A DNA stretch of 32,526 nt from Candidatus Woesearchaeota archaeon (GTDB lineage: Archaea; Nanobdellota; Nanobdellia; Pacearchaeales; GW2011-AR1). Below the pieces are notes generated by a model. It had not been told where the DNA came from. It searched no databases and saw only the letters and a program-made list of their open reading frames with translations. The position numbers and the translations under genes were made by a program. Shown piece after piece: positions 16,632 to 25,300 of the stretch (positions within the stretch are counted from its first letter, which is position 1; every line of letters starts with the position of its first letter). The stretch is taken from assembly GCA_964482075.1 (NCBI GenBank), contig CAYZVU010000002.1:1-32526 (forward strand). Reading direction: 5' to 3'.

Positions 16632-17669
16632 ATGAAAAAAGTTGGTGTAATTTTATTTGTGTGTTTAGTTTTGCTAGTTGGTTTTGTTAATGCGGGCTGT
16701 AGTGTTGGACTTGCTGAAAGTTGTGAGGATTATGAGATTATTGGATTTTCAAGTCAGACAAATGCACATGTTCAATTCCCTTATGTAAATTATAAATATG
16801 CTGTATGTTGTGAGGAGGATTTTTCTTCAACATCTTGTGATTCTCCTTTTGTGTATTTATCTAATGCAGATAATTCTCATATTTCAACTACTGAGATTTC
16901 AGGAGTATATAATTTAGGTGTTTGTATAGAAAATGTGGATTGTGGTTTGTGTGATTCTTTTTCTGCTGTGGCTGGTAGTCCTCTTTTATATTTGTCTTCG
17001 GCGACTAATGGTCACATAAGTCTTACCCAGGTTGAAGGTTATGATATTGAAATTTGTTGTGATAATGTTGTGGTTAATGGATGTGGTGTAAGTTGTGGAA
17101 ATAGGGAATGTGGGGAGGTTTGTGTGGACACAGAATGGGAGGATGATTGTGGAGATTGTGACCTTGGCGATTCTTGTACACCGCAGGGCTTATGTGTAGA
17201 GGATATTGGTTATGTTGCAAATTTTTGTGAAGATTATCTTGAAGAAGATGATTGTGAAAATTCTGATGAGGGTGTAGGAATTTTTTTTGGATTAACTTAT
17301 AGTGAAGGAGCTAATGGTTGTAGATTTAGAGAGGATGGAATTGGTTGTTTATGGAATTTAGATGAAGGAGAGTGTTTACAAGAAACTGAATTTTCAGTTT
17401 ATGAAGAGGATATAGGAAATCAAGAATGTACCCCTCCTTCTCCTTGTGCATATAGTGAAGAAATAACTGGGGATTGTTCAAATGCCGATGCTTTAACTGT
17501 AGTTTATACATCTGTTCCTTTAAATGATAAATGTGTTTTAAATCCAAAGACTATTCCCTGTGTTGGAACTGAGAAACTCGGGTTTTTTAGCTTTTTTAAT
17601 TTTGTTATAACTTTATTTTGTATTGGTTTAATTTATGGAGTTTTAATTTTGAGGGGGGGTAAAAAATGA
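16632..17669 (+). CDS. secreted cysteine-rich surface protein with C-terminal membrane anchor
   Basis: Signal peptide MKKVGVILFVCLVLLVGFVNAG, many cysteines throughout, three internal repeats (S-x3-N-x-H ... C-C/I-E/D) at about nt 16737-17067, and C-terminal TM FFSFFNFVITLFCIGLIYGVLIL. Confidence 0.65.
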   Translation: MKKVGVILFVCLVLLVGFVNAGCSVGLAESCEDYEIIGFSSQTNAHVQFPYVNYKYAVCCEEDFSSTSCDSPFVYLSNADNSHISTTEISGVYNLGVCIENVDCGLCDSFSAVAGSPLLYLSSATNGHISLTQVEGYDIEICCDNVVVNGCGVSCGNRECGEVCVDTEWEDDCGDCDLGDSCTPQGLCVEDIGYVANFCEDYLEEDDCENSDEGVGIFFGLTYSEGANGCRFREDGIGCLWNLDEGECLQETEFSVYEEDIGNQECTPPSPCAYSEEITGDCSNADALTVVYTSVPLNDKCVLNPKTIPCVGTEKLGFFSFFNFVITLFCIGLIYGVLILRGGKK

Positions 17670-20245
17670 AAAAATATCTTGGATTTTTCTTAATTATTTT
17701 TATTGTTGGTTTTGTTTGCGCGAGTTTTGATATGGATGATGATGGATATTCTATTTATGAGGAATATGGTTTAGGAGATACAATTAGTGGATGGTTAAAT
17801 ATTGGATTTAGTGACGAGCCAGGTAATTCGGTTTTTAGTGATTCATATGGGAATGAAATTAGTTTGAGTAAGTTAATGATTTTGAATAATCTTAAAAGTT
17901 CATGTGAGCCAGAGGGATGTGGGTCAACATATGTTTCTTCTAATGCAGAAATTTCGAAGACCCTTAGTTTAAGTGCTGGTGAATCTAAAATTATTGGATT
18001 AGTTTTAACGGGGGATGTTGAGGAAGTTTCTTTGGCTTCTTTGGAAATTTCTAGTACTGCTGTAGTTTCTTGTTTAAATCAAATTGAGGTGGATATCTTA
18101 AATGACGAGGAAGTTGAATTTTTTAATACAAAAGCTTCTGATGAGGTTTGTGATATTGAAAGTTATGGTTGTTATGATTTTTCTAAAACTGCAAGTGAAT
18201 TTTTAATAGAAAATACTCCTTATTGCCAAAAAATAGAGTTAGATAGTGCCCCGGGGTTTAAGGTTGGAGCTTATATTAATCCAGATGAAGAGGTTCGTTC
18301 TTTAACAATGGTTTTAAGTGATGAAAATATGCTTATTACAAAAATTTGTAGTTTGCCAGAAATAACTTCTTCTAATGTTTTTTCTTGTTCTGTTGATTTT
18401 TCTAATTTAAAAAAGCAAGATTTTTATGTTTGTCTTCGGTCAGATGGGGGAAGAGGCTATTCTGTTCCTGGTTATGTTGGGTCTCCGAGTTGTGGATTTT
18501 ATGGAAGTCCAATAAAAGAAGAAGTTGCATCTTATCAAATTTTTGCAAAACCAAAAAAATATGCACCAGTTGGTGAAATGATTTTCCCGACTTCTGTTAA
18601 TTTAAAAAATTTAATTCAATCTTATTTAGTTGAAACTTATGGGTCTGAAATGGATTGTTCAGAGGGGTGTATTATTCCAATTAAAATTATCGCTAATACA
18701 GATCAATCTGTTACAATTGATAATTTGGATTTGGAGTATTCAATTGTTGGAGGACCAGTATCATCTTCTGATTTTTATGATATTGAAGAGGTCCCAGCGG
18801 TTGTTGATTTAGATGAGAAAAAAGTTTATCTTGATAAAGTAAATTTTACTGTTGGGGATGAAGTTGGAGAAGAAAAATATATTTTGAGTTTTAATGGGGA
18901 GGAACTTTTTTCAGAAACAATTACTATTAAAGATTTTGAAGTAATAACTGGGTTTGGTCCTTTGGAAACTATGGCGGGGTATCCCACTGAATTTGTTGTA
19001 GGCGTTGAAAGTTCTGGGAAAAACGTAACTTCTTATGTTTGGGAAATTGAAGATAATGCGATGACTACAACTACAAATAAAATTGTTCATAATTTTGGAG
19101 CAATTGGAATTTATGATGTTTCTGTAACAGTCACTGATTCTGATGCAAGAACTTTTTTCAAAACATTCACAGTTTCTGTTACTTCTCCTAAAGATGCTAT
19201 CGAGGGGTTGATTGGGAAAAAGTTATCTAATTTAGGAAACATAACTAATGAAATTTCTATTTATCCTACGTTTTATCAAAATTCTTTGAAGGATATTTTG
19301 AATTTGAGTAAATTAGATTCAGAGATTAGTGGAATTAAGGTTTTATATAATACTGCTGAAACCGAGGAGGGATATGTCCCTATTATGACTTCTTTGTTTA
19401 ATTTAAAAGTTCCTGAATCTATTTTTGTTAGTGAAAGTGCTGAGGGAATTTCTTTTTATTCTGATGGGAGTTTGATTGATTTGGATTTTTTAACAGAGAT
19501 TGGGAGAGGAGATTATGCTGGGAAGAAGGCTGAATATATTAATGAAATTCTTTTATGGAACCAAGAAAATATTAAGGCGACTTCTAATTTTAAGGAGTTT
19601 TCTGCAAAATATGATTCTGGCAATGAGGTTATTTTGAATCTTTTTGATTTAGATGTGGCAGGAGAATCTAGTTATCCTTTTTATGTTGTTGTTGAGGATT
19701 TGAATAATCTTAAATTTGATTTTAATCAGTTTGAAACAAAATCAGGGTATATTTATGTTAGTTTAGAGGGGCCTAAAAAAATGAGTTTTGCGACAACTGA
19801 AAAAATTGATTTTATTAATTTGCCAGTTTTTATTTCTCCAGAGATTGTTAAGTTTTCTTTAGGAGATGATGTTATGGTTGAAATTAAAAAAGATTTAAAA
19901 TGGCTTTATTTTGCTTTACTTGTTTTAGTTTTAATTGCGATTGGTTTTGGGGTTTATATTTATCTTAGAATTTGGTATAAGAAAAAATATGAAAAATCTT
20001 TATTTAAAAATCAAAATGAATTATATAATTTAATTTCTTATGTTCAAGTTGAAAAGAAAAAAGGTTTAAATGAAAATCAAATTCGTTCTAAGTTGAAAAA
20101 ATCTGGATGGAGTGGAGAAAAAGTTGATTATGTTTTGAAAAAGTATTCTAAGAAAAATACTGGGATGCCAGGACTTGGGGTAAAGAAGAAGGTTGTTAAG
20201 AAATCTGTTAATTTTAGGAGAAATAATTTTAGAAAAAGATTTTGA
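17666..20245 (+). CDS. large secreted surface protein with PKD-like domain, C-terminal TM anchor and basic cytoplasmic tail
   Basis: ATGA overlap with the upstream gene. Signal peptide MKKYLGFFLIIFIVGFVCASF, PKD-like segment YVWEIEDNAMTTTTNKIVHNFGAIGIYDVSVTVTDSD, TM WLYFALLVLVLIAIGFGVYIYL and a lysine-rich tail. Confidence 0.7.
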   Translation: MKKYLGFFLIIFIVGFVCASFDMDDDGYSIYEEYGLGDTISGWLNIGFSDEPGNSVFSDSYGNEISLSKLMILNNLKSSCEPEGCGSTYVSSNAEISKTLSLSAGESKIIGLVLTGDVEEVSLASLEISSTAVVSCLNQIEVDILNDEEVEFFNTKASDEVCDIESYGCYDFSKTASEFLIENTPYCQKIELDSAPGFKVGAYINPDEEVRSLTMVLSDENMLITKICSLPEITSSNVFSCSVDFSNLKKQDFYVCLRSDGGRGYSVPGYVGSPSCGFYGSPIKEEVASYQIFAKPKKYAPVGEMIFPTSVNLKNLIQSYLVETYGSEMDCSEGCIIPIKIIANTDQSVTIDNLDLEYSIVGGPVSSSDFYDIEEVPAVVDLDEKKVYLDKVNFTVGDEVGEEKYILSFNGEELFSETITIKDFEVITGFGPLETMAGYPTEFVVGVESSGKNVTSYVWEIEDNAMTTTTNKIVHNFGAIGIYDVSVTVTDSDARTFFKTFTVSVTSPKDAIEGLIGKKLSNLGNITNEISIYPTFYQNSLKDILNLSKLDSEISGIKVLYNTAETEEGYVPIMTSLFNLKVPESIFVSESAEGISFYSDGSLIDLDFLTEIGRGDYAGKKAEYINEILLWNQENIKATSNFKEFSAKYDSGNEVILNLFDLDVAGESSYPFYVVVEDLNNLKFDFNQFETKSGYIYVSLEGPKKMSFATTEKIDFINLPVFISPEIVKFSLGDDVMVEIKKDLKWLYFALLVLVLIAIGFGVYIYLRIWYKKKYEKSLFKNQNELYNLISYVQVEKKKGLNENQIRSKLKKSGWSGEKVDYVLKKYSKKNTGMPGLGVKKKVVKKSVNFRRNNFRKRF

Positions 20246-20298
20246 TTTGTTTGTTTTATCACTGAAATATTTATAAAGTATCTTTACAATTTTAATTT

Positions 20299-20940
20299 AT
20301 GGTGATTAAAGTTTTTAGAAATTTTTTTAGTAGGGTTTTTTCAGGTCTTTTTCGTGGAAAGAAAGATATTAAGTTGGGATTTTATGGTCCTCCGAATGCC
20401 GGAAAAACAAGTCTTGCTAATCGTATTTGTAGGGATTTTACAGGAGAAGAAATTGGAACTGTGAGCAAGGTGCCTCATGAGACTCGGAATGTCCAGTTTA
20501 AGGAAAAAGTTGAGATTGAATATAAGGGTAAGAAGATGGTTTTCAAAATGATTGATACTCCTGGGATTGCTACGAAGATTGATTATGAAGAATTTTTAAA
20601 ATATAAAGTTAAGAAAAAAGATGCGAAGAAAAGGGCTAAAGAAGCTACACAAGGGATTGTTGAAAGTATTAAGTGGTTGGATGATATGGATATGGTTGTG
20701 ATTGTGTTGGATTCTTCTGAAAATCCATATAATCAGGTTAATATAACTATTATTGGGAATTTGGTTGCGAGGAAAATTCCTGTTCTTATTGTTGCTAATA
20801 AAATTGATTTAAAGAAGGCGGATATGAAAAAAATTGAGTCTGCTTTCCCGGAGTATGATGTGGTTGGAATTAGTGCGAAACACGGTAAAAATTTAGAAGA
20901 GTTTTATGAATCGATTTTTAAGTTGAGCAAGAAGATTTAA
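20299..20940 (+). CDS. small GTP-binding protein (archaeal HSR1/Era-like GTPase)
   Basis: G1 GPPNAGKTS, G3 DTPG, G4 NKID, G5 SAK. Confidence 0.8.
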   Translation: MVIKVFRNFFSRVFSGLFRGKKDIKLGFYGPPNAGKTSLANRICRDFTGEEIGTVSKVPHETRNVQFKEKVEIEYKGKKMVFKMIDTPGIATKIDYEEFLKYKVKKKDAKKRAKEATQGIVESIKWLDDMDMVVIVLDSSENPYNQVNITIIGNLVARKIPVLIVANKIDLKKADMKKIESAFPEYDVVGISAKHGKNLEEFYESIFKLSKKI

Positions 20941-20977
20941 ATATATAATTTAATATATATTTTGGAGTATATAAAAG

Positions 20978-21385
20978 ATGGTGAAAAGAAAAAAAACATT
21001 AGGAAAGTTGAAGGGATTTGCAATTCAGTTTTTACCTTTTTCAGAAATTAGAGAATTAGATGGCGATGAGAGAATGAGAAAGATTTTGGGGATTGTTTTG
21101 GGAAATAATATTTTATTTTTGCAGGGGCGATTGAGGTCTGGCGAGGAATCGCGTTTAATTGGAGATACTATGGCTATGATTGGGCATGTTAAGGGGTTTA
21201 AGGGAATTGAATTGGCTGTGATTGCTGGCAATGGGAACTCTGGTTTTTTTGGCAAGATGAGAAATGGAATGGTTCGGGCTCTTTCTGGAGGGGATTTGGG
21301 GGCTGTTACAATTGTTGGACCTGCTACGATTGTCAAGGAGATTAAAAGGAACCCTAAGAAGATTGAGTTGTTGTTGAGTAGATAG
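20978..21385 (+). CDS. DUF2073-like protein (conserved archaeal GTPase partner)
   Basis: ILFLQGRLRSGEESRLIGDTMAMI..FKGIEL resembles the DUF2073 core as I remember it (vLegGLtpeEEakLIe.TM..id...F.GIEi). Positioned directly after the GTPase, as in other archaea. Confidence 0.45.
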   Translation: MVKRKKTLGKLKGFAIQFLPFSEIRELDGDERMRKILGIVLGNNILFLQGRLRSGEESRLIGDTMAMIGHVKGFKGIELAVIAGNGNSGFFGKMRNGMVRALSGGDLGAVTIVGPATIVKEIKRNPKKIELLLSR

Positions 21386-21414
21386 TTGAGGATAATTAAT
21401 TTTAAAAAGGTTTA

Positions 21415-21867
21415 ATGCATTTTTTTAGTATGTCATATTTGAGGGAGAGTTATAATTTTTTTAAGGAGAATGGATTAATTAAGAATGTCGCAAAAACTGC
21501 TGCGAGAACTTATTTAATAAATTTTGTTCTTTGTTTTGGATTAGTTTGTTATTCTACTTTTACCGGTCCTAAACAAAAAATATTTTCTCAAATAAGTAAA
21601 AATAAGAGTGAGTTATCTTCTATCCAGAGATTTTTGGATGAGAGTGAGGTTTTATCTTTAAAAGGTCTTGATAAAAAACTTGAAAGGTGTCTTTTTTTAA
21701 AAAAGAAACAAAAGATTCTTAATGAGGCTTATGATGAAACCGCGAGGGCCTCATCTGATTTTTTGGATAGGGCTTTTTTTGTAGGAGATTTTAATTTGAT
21801 GGGGGATTTTTTTGATTCATATGAATCTAATAGAAGATTAAATGCGCCTTCTTGTGAGATTAAATAA
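21415..21867 (+). CDS. hypothetical protein with one TM segment
   Basis: 150-aa ORF with hydrophobic YLINFVLCFGLVCYSTF. No family recognised. Alternative ATG at 21430. Confidence 0.4.
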   Translation: MHFFSMSYLRESYNFFKENGLIKNVAKTAARTYLINFVLCFGLVCYSTFTGPKQKIFSQISKNKSELSSIQRFLDESEVLSLKGLDKKLERCLFLKKKQKILNEAYDETARASSDFLDRAFFVGDFNLMGDFFDSYESNRRLNAPSCEIK

Positions 21868-22048
21868 ATTTTTAAACCAAAACCCTTAAAAACTTTCAAT
21901 TCTCTGAATTATTGTTAGAAAATATTAAATTATTATCATCACATTCACAATTAGATTCATTGTTTGTTGCTAGGATGGAATTAGTAACTAGTATTTTTCT
22001 AAATAAGTTAATATAACTTAAATAAATTAAACGGAGAAAATATATAAT

Positions 22049-23200
22049 ATGGCAAAAGTAAGTCCGGTATCGATAAAGTATATGATACATGCGAGTTTTA
22101 CGTGCGAAGGTGCTTTGGAAAAACCAGATGTAATCGGGGCTGTTTTCGGTCAGACAGAAGGTTTGCTTGGTTCTGAGCTTGAAATGAGAGAACTTCAGAA
22201 AGAAGGAAAGATAGGTAGAATTGAAGTTGATTTGCAAAGGCAAGGAAAGCAAACTATTGGGAATATTCATGTTCCTACTGCGCTTGATCAATCAGAAACA
22301 ACTTTGATTGCGGCAGCAATTGAGACTATTGAGAGAATTGGGCCTTGTGATGCTCAAATTGAAGTAGACAAGATAGAAGATGTCCGAGGAAGCAAAAGAG
22401 ATTATATTATTGAGCGAGCTAAGAAGTTGATGCAAGGAATTGAAGGTTCAACTAATTCAAGAGAAATTTCTTCTCAGATTAAGGATTCGGCTAAAACTGC
22501 CGATGTTCAAGAACATGGAAAGTCAAGACTTCCTTGTGGAGATTTGTCTGGAAGAGAAGTTATTGTTGTTGAAGGAAGAGCAGATGTTTTGAATTTGCTG
22601 AGAGCTGGAATTAATAATGTAATTGCAATGAATGGAACTAAGTTACCTGATGAGATAAAGGAATTAGGTAAGATAAAAGAACTTACTCTTTATCTTGATG
22701 GGGATCGTGGTGGAAAGTTGATTGCTCAAAATGTTGTTGATAATGTTGAAGTGAAGTACATTGCAATGGCTCCTGATGGGAAAGAAGTTGAAGAGCTTAC
22801 TGGGAAAGAAGTTTTGATGAATCTTAGAAAAAAGGTTTCTGTTAGAGATTTTTTTTATAGGAATAGGATGAAATTTAATGAAAAACCTAGTGAGAAAGTT
22901 GTTAAGGCAGTTTTTGAAGTAACTCCTGAGATTAAGGAAAAGCTTAAGGTTCTTTCTAGTGAGCTTGACGGAAGTGGCAAGGCTCTTATCTTAGACTCTA
23001 ATCTGAAGGAATTGAAAGATGTCTCTTCAAAGGGTTTGAGTGGCGCATTGAAAAGATTGGGTCAAGAAGTTTCTGTTTTGGTTGTAGATGGAATTGTAAC
23101 AAGTGCAACAATCAGTGCAGCAGAGGATTCGCAGGTAGATGTAATTGTTGCAAAGAATTTCGCAGCAACTTCTGAAAAAATCAAACTTCTAAGTTTATAA
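22049..23200 (+). CDS. dnaG: archaeal DnaG-type primase / exosome-associated Toprim protein
   Basis: Characteristic N-terminus IKYMIHASFTCEGALEKPDVIGAVFGQTEGLLG. Toprim motifs VIVVEGRADVLNLLRAG and YLDGDRGG. Confidence 0.9.
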   Translation: MAKVSPVSIKYMIHASFTCEGALEKPDVIGAVFGQTEGLLGSELEMRELQKEGKIGRIEVDLQRQGKQTIGNIHVPTALDQSETTLIAAAIETIERIGPCDAQIEVDKIEDVRGSKRDYIIERAKKLMQGIEGSTNSREISSQIKDSAKTADVQEHGKSRLPCGDLSGREVIVVEGRADVLNLLRAGINNVIAMNGTKLPDEIKELGKIKELTLYLDGDRGGKLIAQNVVDNVEVKYIAMAPDGKEVEELTGKEVLMNLRKKVSVRDFFYRNRMKFNEKPSEKVVKAVFEVTPEIKEKLKVLSSELDGSGKALILDSNLKELKDVSSKGLSGALKRLGQEVSVLVVDGIVTSATISAAEDSQVDVIVAKNFAATSEKIKLLSL

Positions 23201-23205
23201 TTTTT

Positions 23206-23240
23206 GGGAGAAATCCCTTTTTTATTTTTTTATTTTTTTG
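23206..23240 (+). terminator. hairpin plus multiple T-runs downstream of dnaG
   Basis: GGGAGAAATCCC (4-bp stem) followed by TTTTTTATTTTTTTATTTTTTT. Confidence 0.5.
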
Positions 23241-23243
23241 GCT

Positions 23244-23265
23244 TAAATGTTTTTAAAAACATTTA
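23244..23265. repeat. perfect 22-nt palindrome overlapping the promoter of the next gene
   Basis: TAAATGTTTTTAAAAACATTTA equals its own reverse complement. It abuts the TATA-like ATTTAAATAT, which lies about 25 nt upstream of ATG 23291. Confidence 0.6.
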
Positions 23266-23290
23266 AATATCTTCTTTCTTTTTTATTTTC

Positions 23291-23740
23291 ATGAGAAATA
23301 AGAAGAAGGTGATAATAATATCTTTGATTATGGTGTGTATTGCTTTAATTGTTGTGATTTATTTTATTTGGTTCTTCCCTAGTTTGTGTGAAGATGTTGA
23401 TTGTTATATTGAGAAGCAAGTAAAATGTTCGCGGGCGAAGTTTGTAAATGATGGGGCTAGTGTGACATGGGAGTATAAAATTTTAGGAAAGAGTGATGGG
23501 CGTTGTGAAGTTCGTGTGACTGCATTGCAAATAAAGGAAGGCTCGTCTGATAAAAGTATTCTTGAAGGTAAGTCTATGGTTTGTGAATTGTTTATTGGGA
23601 ATGAGTCAATGCCTGATGAAGATATTTCTCAATGTAAGGGTGGATTAAAAGAGAAATTACAGGACTTGATTATACAAAATTTGCATAAATATATTTTAGA
23701 AAATCTTGGAGAAATTGGGGCAGAGATTGGAAGCGCGTAA
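23291..23740 (+). CDS. membrane-anchored hypothetical protein with Cys-containing ectodomain
   Basis: N-terminal anchor VIIISLIMVCIALIVVIYFIWFF followed by a soluble domain with 7 Cys. Confidence 0.5.
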   Translation: MRNKKKVIIISLIMVCIALIVVIYFIWFFPSLCEDVDCYIEKQVKCSRAKFVNDGASVTWEYKILGKSDGRCEVRVTALQIKEGSSDKSILEGKSMVCELFIGNESMPDEDISQCKGGLKEKLQDLIIQNLHKYILENLGEIGAEIGSA

Positions 23741-23942
23741 GTTCTTTTTATCGACGATAAAATTTGAGTTAATTAATTTTTCACTTGGATTCTTAACAAT
23801 CAATTAAAAGTTGTTACTTGTTGTACCTTACACTTAGTTAATTCATCTTAATTTTAGAATGGTAACAACCGTAATCTTTATAAAGAGAAATCCATTTTCT
23901 GATTTACAAAAATGCAATGCCTTTTTGTATAATTAAATAAAA

Positions 23943-25196
23943 ATGAAAACAAAAATGAATACCAAAAATGTTTTGGTTTCTTTAATGGCCGTAATTGTAC
24001 TTGTATCTTTAGTATCTGTGATTAGTGCTGATGAGATTGCAGGAAGTTTCTCGGTTGAAGTTAATGGACAAATTGCAGGTTGGCAAGGGTTCGCTCAGAC
24101 AGATCCTAGAGTTAGTGTTGTTGCTGGTGAAACAATCTTTGTAGAAATACCTAGTTTTATGTCATGGGTTAATGATACGGAAGTTCACTTTGAAGTATCA
24201 ATTGAAGGAGAAACAGTCGAAAATCATGTAATATCTGGTGTTTTTGATATCGAAAAAGATTTATCTTACACAAAAGGATTAATGATTGAAGTTCCTTTTG
24301 AGCTTACTGATGAAATTTCAGATATTGTTTATCTTAGTATTGAATTAGATGGTAAAGACCATAAAACTAAAGTTGATGATATACCTTTGAGAGTTCAAAG
24401 ACCTTCTTTTTACATTGATGTGAAGTCTGTAACTGCTGATAGTTCAGTAGATGTCGGAGAAACTTTTCCAGTAGATATTGTTTTAAGAAACATGGGTTAC
24501 AATGAACTTAATGATGTTTATGTAACTGCTACAATTTCTGGATTAGGTGTATCTAAGGGTCCAACTTACTTCGGGGATTTAGTTCCTTTAGAAGTTTGTG
24601 ATAACGACTGTGACAAAGAAGATACTGTAAGCGGTAGACTTTATTTAGATGTTCCTTTTGGAGCTGAAGCTGGAGTTTATTCTTTAGAAGTTACTGTTGC
24701 GAGCGATGAAGAAACTGTTACTGAAGTAAAGCAAATCACTATTGTTAATTCTCTTCCAAATATGGTTATTGTTACTAATACTGACAAGACTGCAGATGTT
24801 GGAGAAAACGCAGAGTATACAATGTTGCTTGTTAACCCAACTAATAAGTTGAAGGTTTTCAAGGTTATGTTGAATTCTGATAGTGGACTTTACGCAAGTG
24901 CTTCTGAAACTATTGTTGCTGTTTCTGCTGGTTCAAGTGAGTCAGTTAGAATTTTAGCAAATGCAGATGAAGCTGGAACTTATTCTTTTAGTGCTACTAT
25001 CCTTGATGGAGACGCTCTATTAGATACAGTTGCTTTTAGCTTAAATGCTGAAGGGAATGGTTCTGCGGTAACAAGCCCGATTATGATTTTATCAATTGTT
25101 CTTGCAATAATCTTTATTGTACTATTAATTGTATTAATTGTATTGATCGGAAAGAAACCTTCAAAAACTGAAGAATTCGGTGAGAGTTATTACTAA
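23943..25196 (+). CDS. S-layer-like / CARDB-type (COG1361-like) cell-surface protein with C-terminal anchor
   Basis: Signal peptide ...VLVSLMAVIVLVSLVSVISA. Beta-rich T/V/S/E-rich repeats such as VGETFPVDIVLRNMGYNELNDVYVTATISG and GVYSLEVTVAS. C-terminal TM IMILSIVLAIIFIVLLIVLIVLIG plus KKPSK. Less AT-skewed codons and a strong terminator suggest high expression. Confidence 0.6.
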   Translation: MKTKMNTKNVLVSLMAVIVLVSLVSVISADEIAGSFSVEVNGQIAGWQGFAQTDPRVSVVAGETIFVEIPSFMSWVNDTEVHFEVSIEGETVENHVISGVFDIEKDLSYTKGLMIEVPFELTDEISDIVYLSIELDGKDHKTKVDDIPLRVQRPSFYIDVKSVTADSSVDVGETFPVDIVLRNMGYNELNDVYVTATISGLGVSKGPTYFGDLVPLEVCDNDCDKEDTVSGRLYLDVPFGAEAGVYSLEVTVASDEETVTEVKQITIVNSLPNMVIVTNTDKTADVGENAEYTMLLVNPTNKLKVFKVMLNSDSGLYASASETIVAVSAGSSESVRILANADEAGTYSFSATILDGDALLDTVAFSLNAEGNGSAVTSPIMILSIVLAIIFIVLLIVLIVLIGKKPSKTEEFGESYY

Positions 25197-25202
25197 CTAG
25201 AT

Positions 25203-25244
25203 TCTTTTTAATTTTTTTCTTTTTTTATTATTTTTCTTTTTTTA
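25203..25244 (+). terminator. multi-T-run terminator after the S-layer-like gene
   Basis: TCTTTTTAATTTTTTTCTTTTTTTATTATTTTTCTTTTTTTA: five or more consecutive oligo-T tracts, partly a tandem duplication (TTTTCTTTTTTTAT twice). Confidence 0.6.
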
Positions 25245-25300
25245 TATCCTGGCTGTGGCCGGAAGCGAAAGTTTTTAAATTGAAATTATTAGGGGAAGAT

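Noticed and set aside
21896-22291. 131-aa minus-strand ORF overlapping the dnaG start and its upstream region
   Set aside because: The protein is low-complexity and overlaps 240 nt of the well-supported dnaG N-terminus. No TATA-like element sits at the right distance. It is probably an AT-rich shadow ORF.
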